From: Orbus hercynius
GTDB lineage: Bacteria; Pseudomonadota; Gammaproteobacteria; Enterobacterales; Orbaceae
NCBI RefSeq assembly: GCF_003634275.1
Contig: NZ_RBWY01000002.1
Span: 407,571 to 431,570, forward strand
Reading direction: 5' to 3'
Length of the DNA: 24,000 nt
Below the pieces are notes generated by a model. It saw only the letters and a program-made list of their open reading frames with translations, ran no database searches and was not told the DNA's origin. Below, piece by piece: positions 12,807 through 20,539 of the stretch. The stretch's first letter is position 1. Every line of letters starts with the position of its first letter. The position numbers and the translations under genes were made by a program.

Positions 12807-13481
12807 TTGAATAATTATTTTCATAATGAATTGTATGGCAAACTAACGGCGTTAAATATTAAGTATTTTCAATACTTATTTTTTGATCGTAGCCATTTAG
12901 CCCCACCGCAAATATTCTCGACTTATCCCCAAGAGTGGTTAGCAATTTATCAGAAACAAAAATTATATTACACCGATCCCATCGTTAATCTTGCGCGTAC
13001 AACAGTAAAACCCTTTGCATGGAGTTTATCGATGTTGTACATGGAAGGTCAAGATCACGATTTTTGTAAATTAGCTAAACAGCACGGTATCGAAGCCGGT
13101 TATACTTTCTCGATTAATGATGTTTTGGGCAACTCAGCATTTCTAACCTTATTATGTGATGGCACAAGTGCGATTGACATGACCTTTTTTGATGCAAAAC
13201 GTGCGGAGTTACAAATATTATTACTTGAACTGTATGATCTGTATTTACGAGAGAAAAAGAGTCTTGAATATTATCGCAATAAAGCTTATTTGATGATCAC
13301 CGAAAAAGAAAGACAACTCCTAACCTTGGGATGTAGTGGTTTAAAATACCGAGAAATTGCTTTAAAGTTGGGCATTTCTGAAAGAACGGTTAAATATCAC
13401 ATGAGTAATATCGTCGAAAAATTTAACGTAGAAACGGCGAAACAAGCTTTTTTGAGGGCCAAAGAGCTGAATGTAATTTGA
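12807..13481 (+). CDS. LuxR-family transcriptional regulator: N-terminal autoinducer-binding domain plus C-terminal GerE/LuxR HTH
   Basis: 224 aa. The HTH region is ITEKERQLLTLGCSGLKYREIALKLGISERTVKYHMSNIVEKF. The N-domain retains W44, Y48, D57, P58, W72 and G98 with the same spacing as TraR W57/Y61/D70/P71/W85/G113. An in-frame stop at 12798-12800 forces a TTG start (12807, or 12831). Confidence 0.85.
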   Translation: MNNYFHNELYGKLTALNIKYFQYLFFDRSHLAPPQIFSTYPQEWLAIYQKQKLYYTDPIVNLARTTVKPFAWSLSMLYMEGQDHDFCKLAKQHGIEAGYTFSINDVLGNSAFLTLLCDGTSAIDMTFFDAKRAELQILLLELYDLYLREKKSLEYYRNKAYLMITEKERQLLTLGCSGLKYREIALKLGISERTVKYHMSNIVEKFNVETAKQAFLRAKELNVI

Positions 13482-13605
13482 TCAACCATTGAATTTAAAT
13501 AAATTTGTTTTACTATAACAATGCCCTTTTTTTCTAAAATTAATTTCTTTAAAAACAAAAAAATAGTAAATTTTAAACGCCGTTATTACTTCTTATTAGC
13601 CATTT

Positions 13606-13625
13606 AATTGCACTTTAGTACAGTT
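13606..13625. promoter_or_regulatory. lux-box-like imperfect 20-bp dyad upstream of tssB
   Basis: AATTGCACTTTAGTACAGTT: 7 of 10 positions are dyad-symmetric, and 12 of 20 match the V. fischeri lux box ACCTGTAGGATCGTACAGGT. It abuts the candidate -35. Confidence 0.3.
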
Positions 13626-13653
13626 GTTTACATAATCAGTTTCAGAGTAGAAT
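13624..13653 (+). promoter_or_regulatory. candidate sigma-70 promoter of the T6SS operon
   Basis: TTGTTT (13624-13629), 18-nt spacer, TAGAAT (13648-13653), about 50 nt upstream of the tssB ATG in a very AT-rich 222-bp intergenic region. Confidence 0.3.
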
Positions 13654-13703
13654 CACTATAGGGTTGTTGTAACTAATTGATTTTATATTGAAAAGGAATA
13701 GAT

Positions 13704-14207
13704 ATGTCAAACAGCTATCAAAATGAAGTACCCGCCTCCCGTGTTAATATCCAGTTAGACCTCCATACAGGTGGAGCTCAGAAGAAAGTTGAACTACCTT
13801 TAAAAATTCTGGCAATGGGTGATTATAGTTATGGTAAAGACAATCGGCCATTAGCTGAAAAAGAAAAACTATCTATTAACAAAAATAACTTTGATTCAGT
13901 ATTGAAAGAGTTAAATCCACAAGCCACGATCTCAGTTGCAAATACTTTAGCTGATGACGGTTCTGAAGTGAATATTAATCTTGATTTCCAATCAATCAAA
14001 GATTTCACGCCTGAGCAAGTTGCTAAAAAAATTCCTCAATTACGTTCTTTACTTGCAATGCGTAATTTATTGCGTGATCTTAAATCTAATTTAATGGATA
14101 ACGCGACATTCCGTCATGAGTTAGAAAAAATTGTCAAAAATGAACAACTTTCTGATGAACTGCGCGCTGAATTAGAAGCAATTGTTGCCGAAGGCGATAA
14201 AGCGTAG
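13704..14207 (+). CDS. tssB: T6SS contractile sheath small subunit TssB (VipA/ImpB)
   Basis: 167 aa. The N-terminus ...SRVNIQLDLHTGGAQKKVELPLKILAMGDYS is the typical TssB signature. AAGGA RBS. Immediately upstream of tssC. Confidence 0.9.
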   Translation: MSNSYQNEVPASRVNIQLDLHTGGAQKKVELPLKILAMGDYSYGKDNRPLAEKEKLSINKNNFDSVLKELNPQATISVANTLADDGSEVNINLDFQSIKDFTPEQVAKKIPQLRSLLAMRNLLRDLKSNLMDNATFRHELEKIVKNEQLSDELRAELEAIVAEGDKA

Positions 14208-14281
14208 TTTTATCAATAAGAAAGAAGAATAGGATTGCTTTATCGCATTGATTAAAGCGAACATAATAAGGAAAGAATACA

Positions 14282-15811
14282 ATGCCAGTACAAAAAGAAT
14301 CGAGCTCAGCACAGGCTGTCACTCAAGATGCAAGTAGTGTATATCAGTCTCTATTTAATAAAATTAATTTAAATACTGTCGCGAAAGCGAAAGACATGGA
14401 TAAGTACGAAGATAATGATGTGCTATCTGAATCTTCAACTGATGAACGCGTCACGATGGCGGTGAATATCTTATTAAAGATGATTCAAGATTCATCGCAA
14501 AAAGTTGAAAAATTGGATAAACATCTGCTAGATTACCATATTAGCCAAATCGACCAAAAATTAAGTCGTCAGCTTGATGCCATTATGCACCACCCTGTTT
14601 TTCAGGAAATCGAATCAACATGGCGTGGACTAAAATTCTTAGTCGATCGTACCGATTTTCGCCGTAATGTCAAAATTGAGCTACTTGATGTGTCTAAAGA
14701 TGCATTACGTCAAGATTTTGAAGATGCGCCTGAAGTTAACCAAACTGGTTTTTACCGTCATACTTATATTCAAGAATACGACACACCGGGCGGTGAACCA
14801 CTTGGCGTGACAATTTCTAACTATGAGTTTGATCGCGGCCCGCAAGATATTGCGCTATTACGTAATGTGTCAAAAGTAGCCGCAGCGGCGCATATGCCAT
14901 TTGTTGCTTCTGTAGGGCCTAAATTCTTTGGTAAAGAGTCGATGGAAGAAGTAGCCGCAATTAAAGATATTGCGAACTACTTTGATCGTGCTGAATACAC
15001 CAAATGGAACAGCTTTAGAGAAACAGACGATTCTCGTTATGTTGGCTTAACCCTACCAAGAGTGCTTGCACGTTTACCTTATGGACCTGAAACTGTGCCA
15101 GTGCGTAGCTTTAACTATGTTGAAGAGGTAAAAGGCCCCGATCACGAGCGTTACCTGTGGGCTAATGCGTCATTTGCGTTTGCTGCAAATATGGTGCAAA
15201 GCTTTGTGCGTAACGGTTGGTGTGTGCAAATTCGCGGACCTCAAGCGGGCGGCTTAGTTGAAGACCTACCTATTCACCTTTATGATTTAGGCACCGGCAA
15301 CCAAGTTAAAATTCCAACAGAAGTGTTGATTCCAGAAACGCGTGAATTTGAATTTGCTAACTTAGGTTTCATTCCACTATCGTTTTATAAGAATCGTGAT
15401 TATGCGTGTTTCTTCTCTGCAAACTCAGCGCAAAAACCGGCTCTTTATGATACCAAAGAAGCGACGGCAAACAGCCGTATTAACTCACGTTTACCGTATA
15501 TTTTCTTACTCTCTCGTATTGCGCATTATCTCAAAGTTATTCAACGCGAAAATATTGGTGCGACAAAAGATCGTCGCGTATTGGAGTTAGAATTAAATAA
15601 ATGGATCAATAATCTGGTCACTGAAATGACTGATCCAAGTGATGAAGTACAAGCATCACATCCATTACGTCAAGCACAAGTGATTGTAGAAGATATTGAT
15701 GATAATCCAGGCTTCTTTAGAGTAAAAACCTTTTTAGTTCCTCATTTCCAAATAGAAGGTATGGATATTAATTTATCAATGGTATCGCAAATGCCGAAGG
15801 CAAAAGCATAA
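14282..15811 (+). CDS. tssC: T6SS contractile sheath large subunit TssC (VipB/ImpC)
   Basis: 509 aa. Conserved blocks include FQEIESTWRGLKFLV, LLRNVSKVAAAAHMPFVAS, RLPYGP and GFIPL. Size and position after tssB fit. Confidence 0.93.
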   Translation: MPVQKESSSAQAVTQDASSVYQSLFNKINLNTVAKAKDMDKYEDNDVLSESSTDERVTMAVNILLKMIQDSSQKVEKLDKHLLDYHISQIDQKLSRQLDAIMHHPVFQEIESTWRGLKFLVDRTDFRRNVKIELLDVSKDALRQDFEDAPEVNQTGFYRHTYIQEYDTPGGEPLGVTISNYEFDRGPQDIALLRNVSKVAAAAHMPFVASVGPKFFGKESMEEVAAIKDIANYFDRAEYTKWNSFRETDDSRYVGLTLPRVLARLPYGPETVPVRSFNYVEEVKGPDHERYLWANASFAFAANMVQSFVRNGWCVQIRGPQAGGLVEDLPIHLYDLGTGNQVKIPTEVLIPETREFEFANLGFIPLSFYKNRDYACFFSANSAQKPALYDTKEATANSRINSRLPYIFLLSRIAHYLKVIQRENIGATKDRRVLELELNKWINNLVTEMTDPSDEVQASHPLRQAQVIVEDIDDNPGFFRVKTFLVPHFQIEGMDINLSMVSQMPKAKA

Positions 15812-15824
15812 CGCTTTAATTAAT

Positions 15825-15847
15825 AGCTGTGGCAGCTCGCCACAGCT
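15825..15847 (+). other. perfect 9-bp stem-loop directly after tssC (intra-operon attenuator or mRNA-stabilising hairpin)
   Basis: AGCTGTGGC (15825-15833), loop AGCTC, GCCACAGCT (15839-15847). Only a weak T-run follows. Confidence 0.5.
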
Positions 15848-15907
15848 TTAAACAAACGTTGTGTAAGTTTTTTGCCGTTACAATCTTAGCTGGAGCTAAT
15901 TAGAAGA

Positions 15908-17260
15908 ATGAAAATATATCGTCCTTTGTGGAATGAAGGCGTATTTTTGACGCCTGAACAATTTCAACAACAATCGCTATGGGAAACATATAGCAAACAA
16001 CATCTTGCTAAATTGTATCTTGGTAATCCTTGGGGCGTTGAGCGTTTACAACTTGATGAGCAAGCATTAACCGCAGATCGTTTAAGTTTGCAAACATTGA
16101 GTTTGCGCTTTTTAGATGGCTCGTTAATTGATACCGATATATCGGATCGTCTTCCTATTACCCGAAATTTAGCGGCAGATATTCCCCCAGTATTAGATGA
16201 GATTACCGTTTATATTGGCCTACCACTGCTGCAAGCCAATGGGCAAAATTGTGCTTTTGATGAGCAGCATATCGAAAGACCGATGCGTTATCGCCAAGAA
16301 TGGGTTGAAGTGAAAGACCTACTGGGCAATGGTGCACAAACAATTGCCGTTGAACGCTATGCGTTAAGTTTTTTATTTGATTTTGAAGATCACAGCGAGT
16401 ATTTGACCTGCCCTATCGCGAAATTGAAACGTGATCTTAATGGGCGATTTGTGGTTGATAATCAATATTTACCGCCATCACTGAACTTATATACACAAAG
16501 TGGTTCTTTATTAAAAGAGTTAGAATTATTGTGTATCCAAATACAAGCAAAACGTCAACGATTGATGAGTATGCGCCATGAGCGTAATCAACAAATGGCC
16601 GAGTTTGCCGTTGCCGATGTGTCATTATTCTGGCTGCTCAATGCGTTAAACAGTTTTGAGCCACAATTAAAATTTTTGCGTGATAATCCAACACTACATC
16701 CGGAAAATTTATACCAAAAACTAGTCGCGTTGACGGGGGCGTTACTGACCTTTTCATTAGCCCATGATGTTGACGAAATTCCAGCGTATCAACATCATAA
16801 TTTGAATGCGGTCTTTCCGCCATTATTTGAATTAACGCGTAATATTTTGGAAGAGAGCTTACCATCACGCGTAATTAAAATTGATCTCGTCCATGATAAA
16901 GATACCTTGTGGACAGGGCGACTCAATGATGGTCGCTTAGTTGAAGATGCTGATTTTTACTTATCGGTGCGTTCAAGCTTACCTGCGCACCAGTTACAGT
17001 CACAATTCCCTATTTTATGTAAAGCGGGCGCGCCTGATGATGTGCGTCAAATTATTCATTCGGCGCTATCGGGCATACCAATTAAGGCGCTTAGTCATGT
17101 GCCCGCGGCGATTCCAATGCGCCTTGAAAATCAATATTTTGCCTTAGATTTATCGCATAAAACGGCTCAAAATATGTTATTAAGTCGATGCTGTGAATTT
17201 TACGTACCGCGGGCAATGCCAGATATCGCATTAGAACTCTTTGCTGTATTGCGTTCATAG
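15908..17260 (+). CDS. tssK: T6SS baseplate subunit TssK (ImpJ/VasE)
   Basis: 450 aa. The N-terminal PLWNEGVFLTPEQFQQQ matches the canonical TssK VxWxEGMFLxPQHFQQ motif. GGAG RBS. Confidence 0.85.
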   Translation: MKIYRPLWNEGVFLTPEQFQQQSLWETYSKQHLAKLYLGNPWGVERLQLDEQALTADRLSLQTLSLRFLDGSLIDTDISDRLPITRNLAADIPPVLDEITVYIGLPLLQANGQNCAFDEQHIERPMRYRQEWVEVKDLLGNGAQTIAVERYALSFLFDFEDHSEYLTCPIAKLKRDLNGRFVVDNQYLPPSLNLYTQSGSLLKELELLCIQIQAKRQRLMSMRHERNQQMAEFAVADVSLFWLLNALNSFEPQLKFLRDNPTLHPENLYQKLVALTGALLTFSLAHDVDEIPAYQHHNLNAVFPPLFELTRNILEESLPSRVIKIDLVHDKDTLWTGRLNDGRLVEDADFYLSVRSSLPAHQLQSQFPILCKAGAPDDVRQIIHSALSGIPIKALSHVPAAIPMRLENQYFALDLSHKTAQNMLLSRCCEFYVPRAMPDIALELFAVLRS

Positions 17261-17271
17261 GATCAAAAAGT

Positions 17272-17937
17272 ATGAATATAGACCCAAAAAATATCACTGC
17301 TGATGAATTATTAAGAGATTCAATTTTGACTGTTGTACAGTTAAAAGAGGGAGCCGATATTGGTTCAGTGAGTAAACTGTATAAGCAATGTAAAAAGCAA
17401 ATTACCGCACTTCGAGATCGCTTACAACAAGCTCAATACAATCAAGATATCATTGATGATATTAGTTATGCACAGTGCGCATTATTAGATGAAGTGGTGT
17501 TACTATGTAGTAAAGATAGTAACACACCACGCGATTACGACGAGTGGCTTGGCGCACCGTTACAAGTTGTGTTTTTTAATACCCATAATGCTGGTTATGA
17601 TCTATTTGACAAAATTCGTATTCGCTTACGTGCAGATAAAAAAGAAACCTTAGTATTAAACTGCTTTGATCGGGTCTTGGGGATGGGATTTCAGGGGTGT
17701 TATTTAGGCCAACCACAGATGGAAAGGGAACATCTGATCCTTGCGTTACGAGAGTCATTAAGCGTGGGTGAATCAGATCTATCGCATCCCATTATTGAGC
17801 AGACACAAACCTATCGGTATTTAGGACGAAAATCGCTATTGATGCTGAGCACTGTTTGCTCGGTTGGCTTAGCCATCGTGCTCTATTTCTTCTTAGATCA
17901 TCAGCTCAATCAACTATTAACGCCCTTAATTCAATAA
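17272..17937 (+). CDS. tssL: T6SS membrane-complex subunit TssL (DotU/ImpK), no peptidoglycan-binding extension
   Basis: 221 aa. DotU-type motif ISYAQCALLDEVVL and a single C-terminal TM (LLMLSTVCSVGLAIVLYFFL). Located after tssK. Confidence 0.8.
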   Translation: MNIDPKNITADELLRDSILTVVQLKEGADIGSVSKLYKQCKKQITALRDRLQQAQYNQDIIDDISYAQCALLDEVVLLCSKDSNTPRDYDEWLGAPLQVVFFNTHNAGYDLFDKIRIRLRADKKETLVLNCFDRVLGMGFQGCYLGQPQMEREHLILALRESLSVGESDLSHPIIEQTQTYRYLGRKSLLMLSTVCSVGLAIVLYFFLDHQLNQLLTPLIQ

Positions 17938-17952
17938 GGCTAAGGAATAACA

Positions 17953-19725
17953 ATGAATGATTATCCTTGGCGAATACAGATTATCTATGCGGCTGTTTTA
18001 GCGTTTATTCTACTGTGGATCTTTTTACCTATTGCAATAGGTTGGAAATTACTTGGATCAGTAATTGTGCTAGTCATTGCCGCAGCGCTATTTTATCGCC
18101 AATTGCAGTATCGAAAATTACTGAATGCATCGACCAATAATATTGCCTTTTTAGCCGAAAAATTAGCCCTTTTACCGGCAAGGCAACGTTATCGATTACC
18201 GATATTTTTAGTCACTGGTAATAATGCAAAAGCGTTCTTTCCTGAAGATTTAACCATTGCTGAGCAAAATATTATTGTCTCATCTGAAGCGGTTTGGATC
18301 TACGTTGATGAATACTCTGAGCTACCTATCGTGTTTGATTCATTAGTGGCACGTTGGCCTGATATGCTTGGCCGCATTGGTTTATTTTTGGCCATCACAC
18401 CTGAAGAAGAAGATAAACAAGGTCTATTTACTGCCAAATTACAAGCTTTTAGGCAAGCATGGGTAGATACTTGCCGTGTGGCAAAATATCGTTTACCGGT
18501 TTATGTTTCGGCGCATATTGGTCTTAATAACTTACATTATCATGATAATGCAGCTTTACCGGTTTATTGGTATCAAATGGTCGATGATCGTTTGTCGTTA
18601 CTTGATGAGTACCGCTCACCTATCGACAATTGGGTTAATGACAAAGCCATCAGCTCACTTGAACGTCAGCAGCGCATAGCCCTGCGCGCGATGCTTGTTG
18701 AGTATCAAAAATGGATTAATACTCATGTGTTGGCTATCCTTTGTGATCCCAAGCAGCCTATCTATAAATGTATCCCAACGGGTACCGCAATTTATCCAGT
18801 CAATGATAAACACATAGCAGATAACTTGATCGCGCGCTGGTTTGCCGAGATTAGTACCTTATATCTGCCCAATAACGTCAAGCTTGATCAAAATATCACG
18901 CCGCCAGATCGATTGGTGAAATTTATGCCAATTGCTTATCCATACTCACCGATTAGAAAGGCGGTTTGCAATATGATCATGATCTCGGCCTTTTTTCTGA
19001 TGGCTGCTCTTGGTGCCGCTTATTGGAATAATATTAAATTAATCCAGCAAATTCATAACGACATTAGTACCTATGATTTGATTGCGATGGACAGTTATGC
19101 TGAAAAACGTGAAGCATTAGCTGTATTAAAAGCTGACCGAACATTACTTAATGATTATTTTAAACAAGGTGAACCCGTTAAATTGGGACTTGGTCTGTAT
19201 CATGGTCAGCGTATGTTAGAACCACTTAATCAGGCGATTAGCCGATATGTGCCTGAGCCACCGCCGGTTGAGATACCGCCACCAGAAAAAATTTATATTA
19301 CAAAGAAAGAGATCGTTATTAAAGAGCCTGATGTGATTCGTTTAGACAGTTTATCATTATTTGAAAGTGGTAAATCGACTTTAAAACCTGACTCGACTAA
19401 AGTGTTAATCAATGCACTGATGGAGATCAAAACACAAATTAAAGCGAATAATGATGTCGGCTTTTTGATCTTAGTCGCCGGGCACACCGATGCGACGGGT
19501 GATGCGAACAAAAATCAGCTGCTTTCCTTAGATAGGGCGGCGGCAGTCAGGGACTGGATTATTCAAACCAGTGATATTCCTGAAAACTGTTTTGCGATAC
19601 AAGGGTATGGCGCAAAAAAACCGTTGGCGAGTAATGATACTCCAGAGGATCGTGCTCAAAATCGACGGGTCGAAATCAGTTTAGTTCCTCAGATATCAAC
19701 ATGTAAGTTGGTAAATGAAAACTAA
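17953..19725 (+). CDS. tagL: TagL-like T6SS accessory protein: 3-TM inner-membrane protein with a C-terminal OmpA/MotB peptidoglycan-binding domain
   Basis: 590 aa. TM1-TM2 hairpin (res ~8-48), cytoplasmic domain of about 290 aa, TM3 (res ~339-359), Pro-rich linker PEPPPVEIPPPEK, then an OmpA-like domain (GHTDATGDANKNQLLSLDRAAAVRDWI ... NRRVEISL). Size, topology and position after tssL match EAEC TagL as I recall it. Confidence 0.7.
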   Translation: MNDYPWRIQIIYAAVLAFILLWIFLPIAIGWKLLGSVIVLVIAAALFYRQLQYRKLLNASTNNIAFLAEKLALLPARQRYRLPIFLVTGNNAKAFFPEDLTIAEQNIIVSSEAVWIYVDEYSELPIVFDSLVARWPDMLGRIGLFLAITPEEEDKQGLFTAKLQAFRQAWVDTCRVAKYRLPVYVSAHIGLNNLHYHDNAALPVYWYQMVDDRLSLLDEYRSPIDNWVNDKAISSLERQQRIALRAMLVEYQKWINTHVLAILCDPKQPIYKCIPTGTAIYPVNDKHIADNLIARWFAEISTLYLPNNVKLDQNITPPDRLVKFMPIAYPYSPIRKAVCNMIMISAFFLMAALGAAYWNNIKLIQQIHNDISTYDLIAMDSYAEKREALAVLKADRTLLNDYFKQGEPVKLGLGLYHGQRMLEPLNQAISRYVPEPPPVEIPPPEKIYITKKEIVIKEPDVIRLDSLSLFESGKSTLKPDSTKVLINALMEIKTQIKANNDVGFLILVAGHTDATGDANKNQLLSLDRAAAVRDWIIQTSDIPENCFAIQGYGAKKPLASNDTPEDRAQNRRVEISLVPQISTCKLVNEN

Positions 19726-19768
19726 CAAGTAATTAAGTAACTAGTCAAAACAATAAGGAGTTAAGACA

Positions 19769-20257
19769 ATGGCAGTTCCAGCATATATGTTTTTAAAAGA
19801 TGACGGCGGTTCTGAAATCAAAGGTTCAGTGACTGTTGAAGGCCGTGAAGGTAGTGTTGAAGTGGTTGAATTTGATCACCAAGTTTACATCCCAACAGAT
19901 GGTAATACTGGTAAATTAACCGGTACTCGCGTACACAAAGCACTACAATTTGTGAAAGAAGTGGACTCTTCATCACCATACCTTTACAAAGCGGTAACAA
20001 CAGGGCAAAACCTAAAATCAGTTGAAATCAAATGGTATCAAATTGATAACGCAGGTCAGGAAGTTGAATATTTCAACACATTAATGGAAGGCGTTAAAAT
20101 CGTCTCTGTTAAACCTGAAATGCACAATATTAAAGATCCGACTAAAGAGCAATACAATCACTTAGAGCGTATTGAACTTCGTTACGAAAAAATTACCTGG
20201 ACGTTCAAAGACGGTAACATTATTCATTCTGATAGCTGGGTCGAAGGTCGTAGCTAA
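19769..20257 (+). CDS. hcp: T6SS inner tube protein Hcp (TssD)
   Basis: 162 aa. The start MAVPAYMFLKDDGGSEIKGSV...GREGSVEVVEFDHQVYIPTD...G..TGTRVHK is classic Hcp. Strong AAGGAG RBS. Confidence 0.92.
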   Translation: MAVPAYMFLKDDGGSEIKGSVTVEGREGSVEVVEFDHQVYIPTDGNTGKLTGTRVHKALQFVKEVDSSSPYLYKAVTTGQNLKSVEIKWYQIDNAGQEVEYFNTLMEGVKIVSVKPEMHNIKDPTKEQYNHLERIELRYEKITWTFKDGNIIHSDSWVEGRS

Positions 20258-20283
20258 TCATTGTAAATATTGTTCACGTTACT

Positions 20284-20320
20284 CTATTCTGCCCGATTGT
20301 TTTGGGCAGAATAGTTTCAT
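20284..20320 (+). terminator. rho-independent terminator / attenuator after hcp
   Basis: Perfect 11-bp stem CTATTCTGCCC (20284-20294) / GGGCAGAATAG (20304-20314), 9-nt loop, followed by TTTCAT. Confidence 0.7.
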
Positions 20321-20539
20321 CGTGTTTAGACATATATATTTAATATCGTGACGACATAAGCCCATGTGCTTATAGTAAGTATATAGGTTTAAACAATATG
20401 AACAGTGTTGATTGAGTGATATTAAACGATATCAAGCAACACGATAAACAATAACGCATTATTGCAGCAGATCGTCCATTACAATAACAATATTATGCTG
20501 CCAATAATCATTGATAGATAAGGCAAAAGGAAACCAGTT

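Noticed and set aside
13521-13607. 28-aa Lys-rich mini-ORF (MPFFSKINFFKNKKIVNFKRRYYFLLAI) between the LuxR gene and tssB. Similar mini-ORFs of 19-29 aa occur upstream of gltB (6676-6735) and in the hcp-clpV spacer.
   Set aside because: None has a Shine-Dalgarno sequence, and their composition simply mirrors AT-rich intergenic DNA. They are indistinguishable from chance without conservation or ribosome-profiling data.
13596-13612. Sigma-54-like element TTAGCCATTTAATTGCA upstream of tssB. T6SS loci are often RpoN/VasH dependent.
   Set aside because: The -12 TTGCA is present, but the -24 element reads AG instead of the near-invariant GG. No bEBP/VasH-like gene is in the window either. I treat the overlapping sequence as a lux-box-like dyad instead.
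17953-19725. Calling this ORF TssM (IcmF) because of its TM1-TM2 / cytoplasmic domain / TM3 layout and TssM-like blocks.
   Set aside because: It is only 590 aa, against more than 1100 for TssM. It lacks the large periplasmic IcmF C-terminal domain, has no intact Walker A and ends in an OmpA domain. It fits TagL, so the true tssM is presumably downstream of the window.
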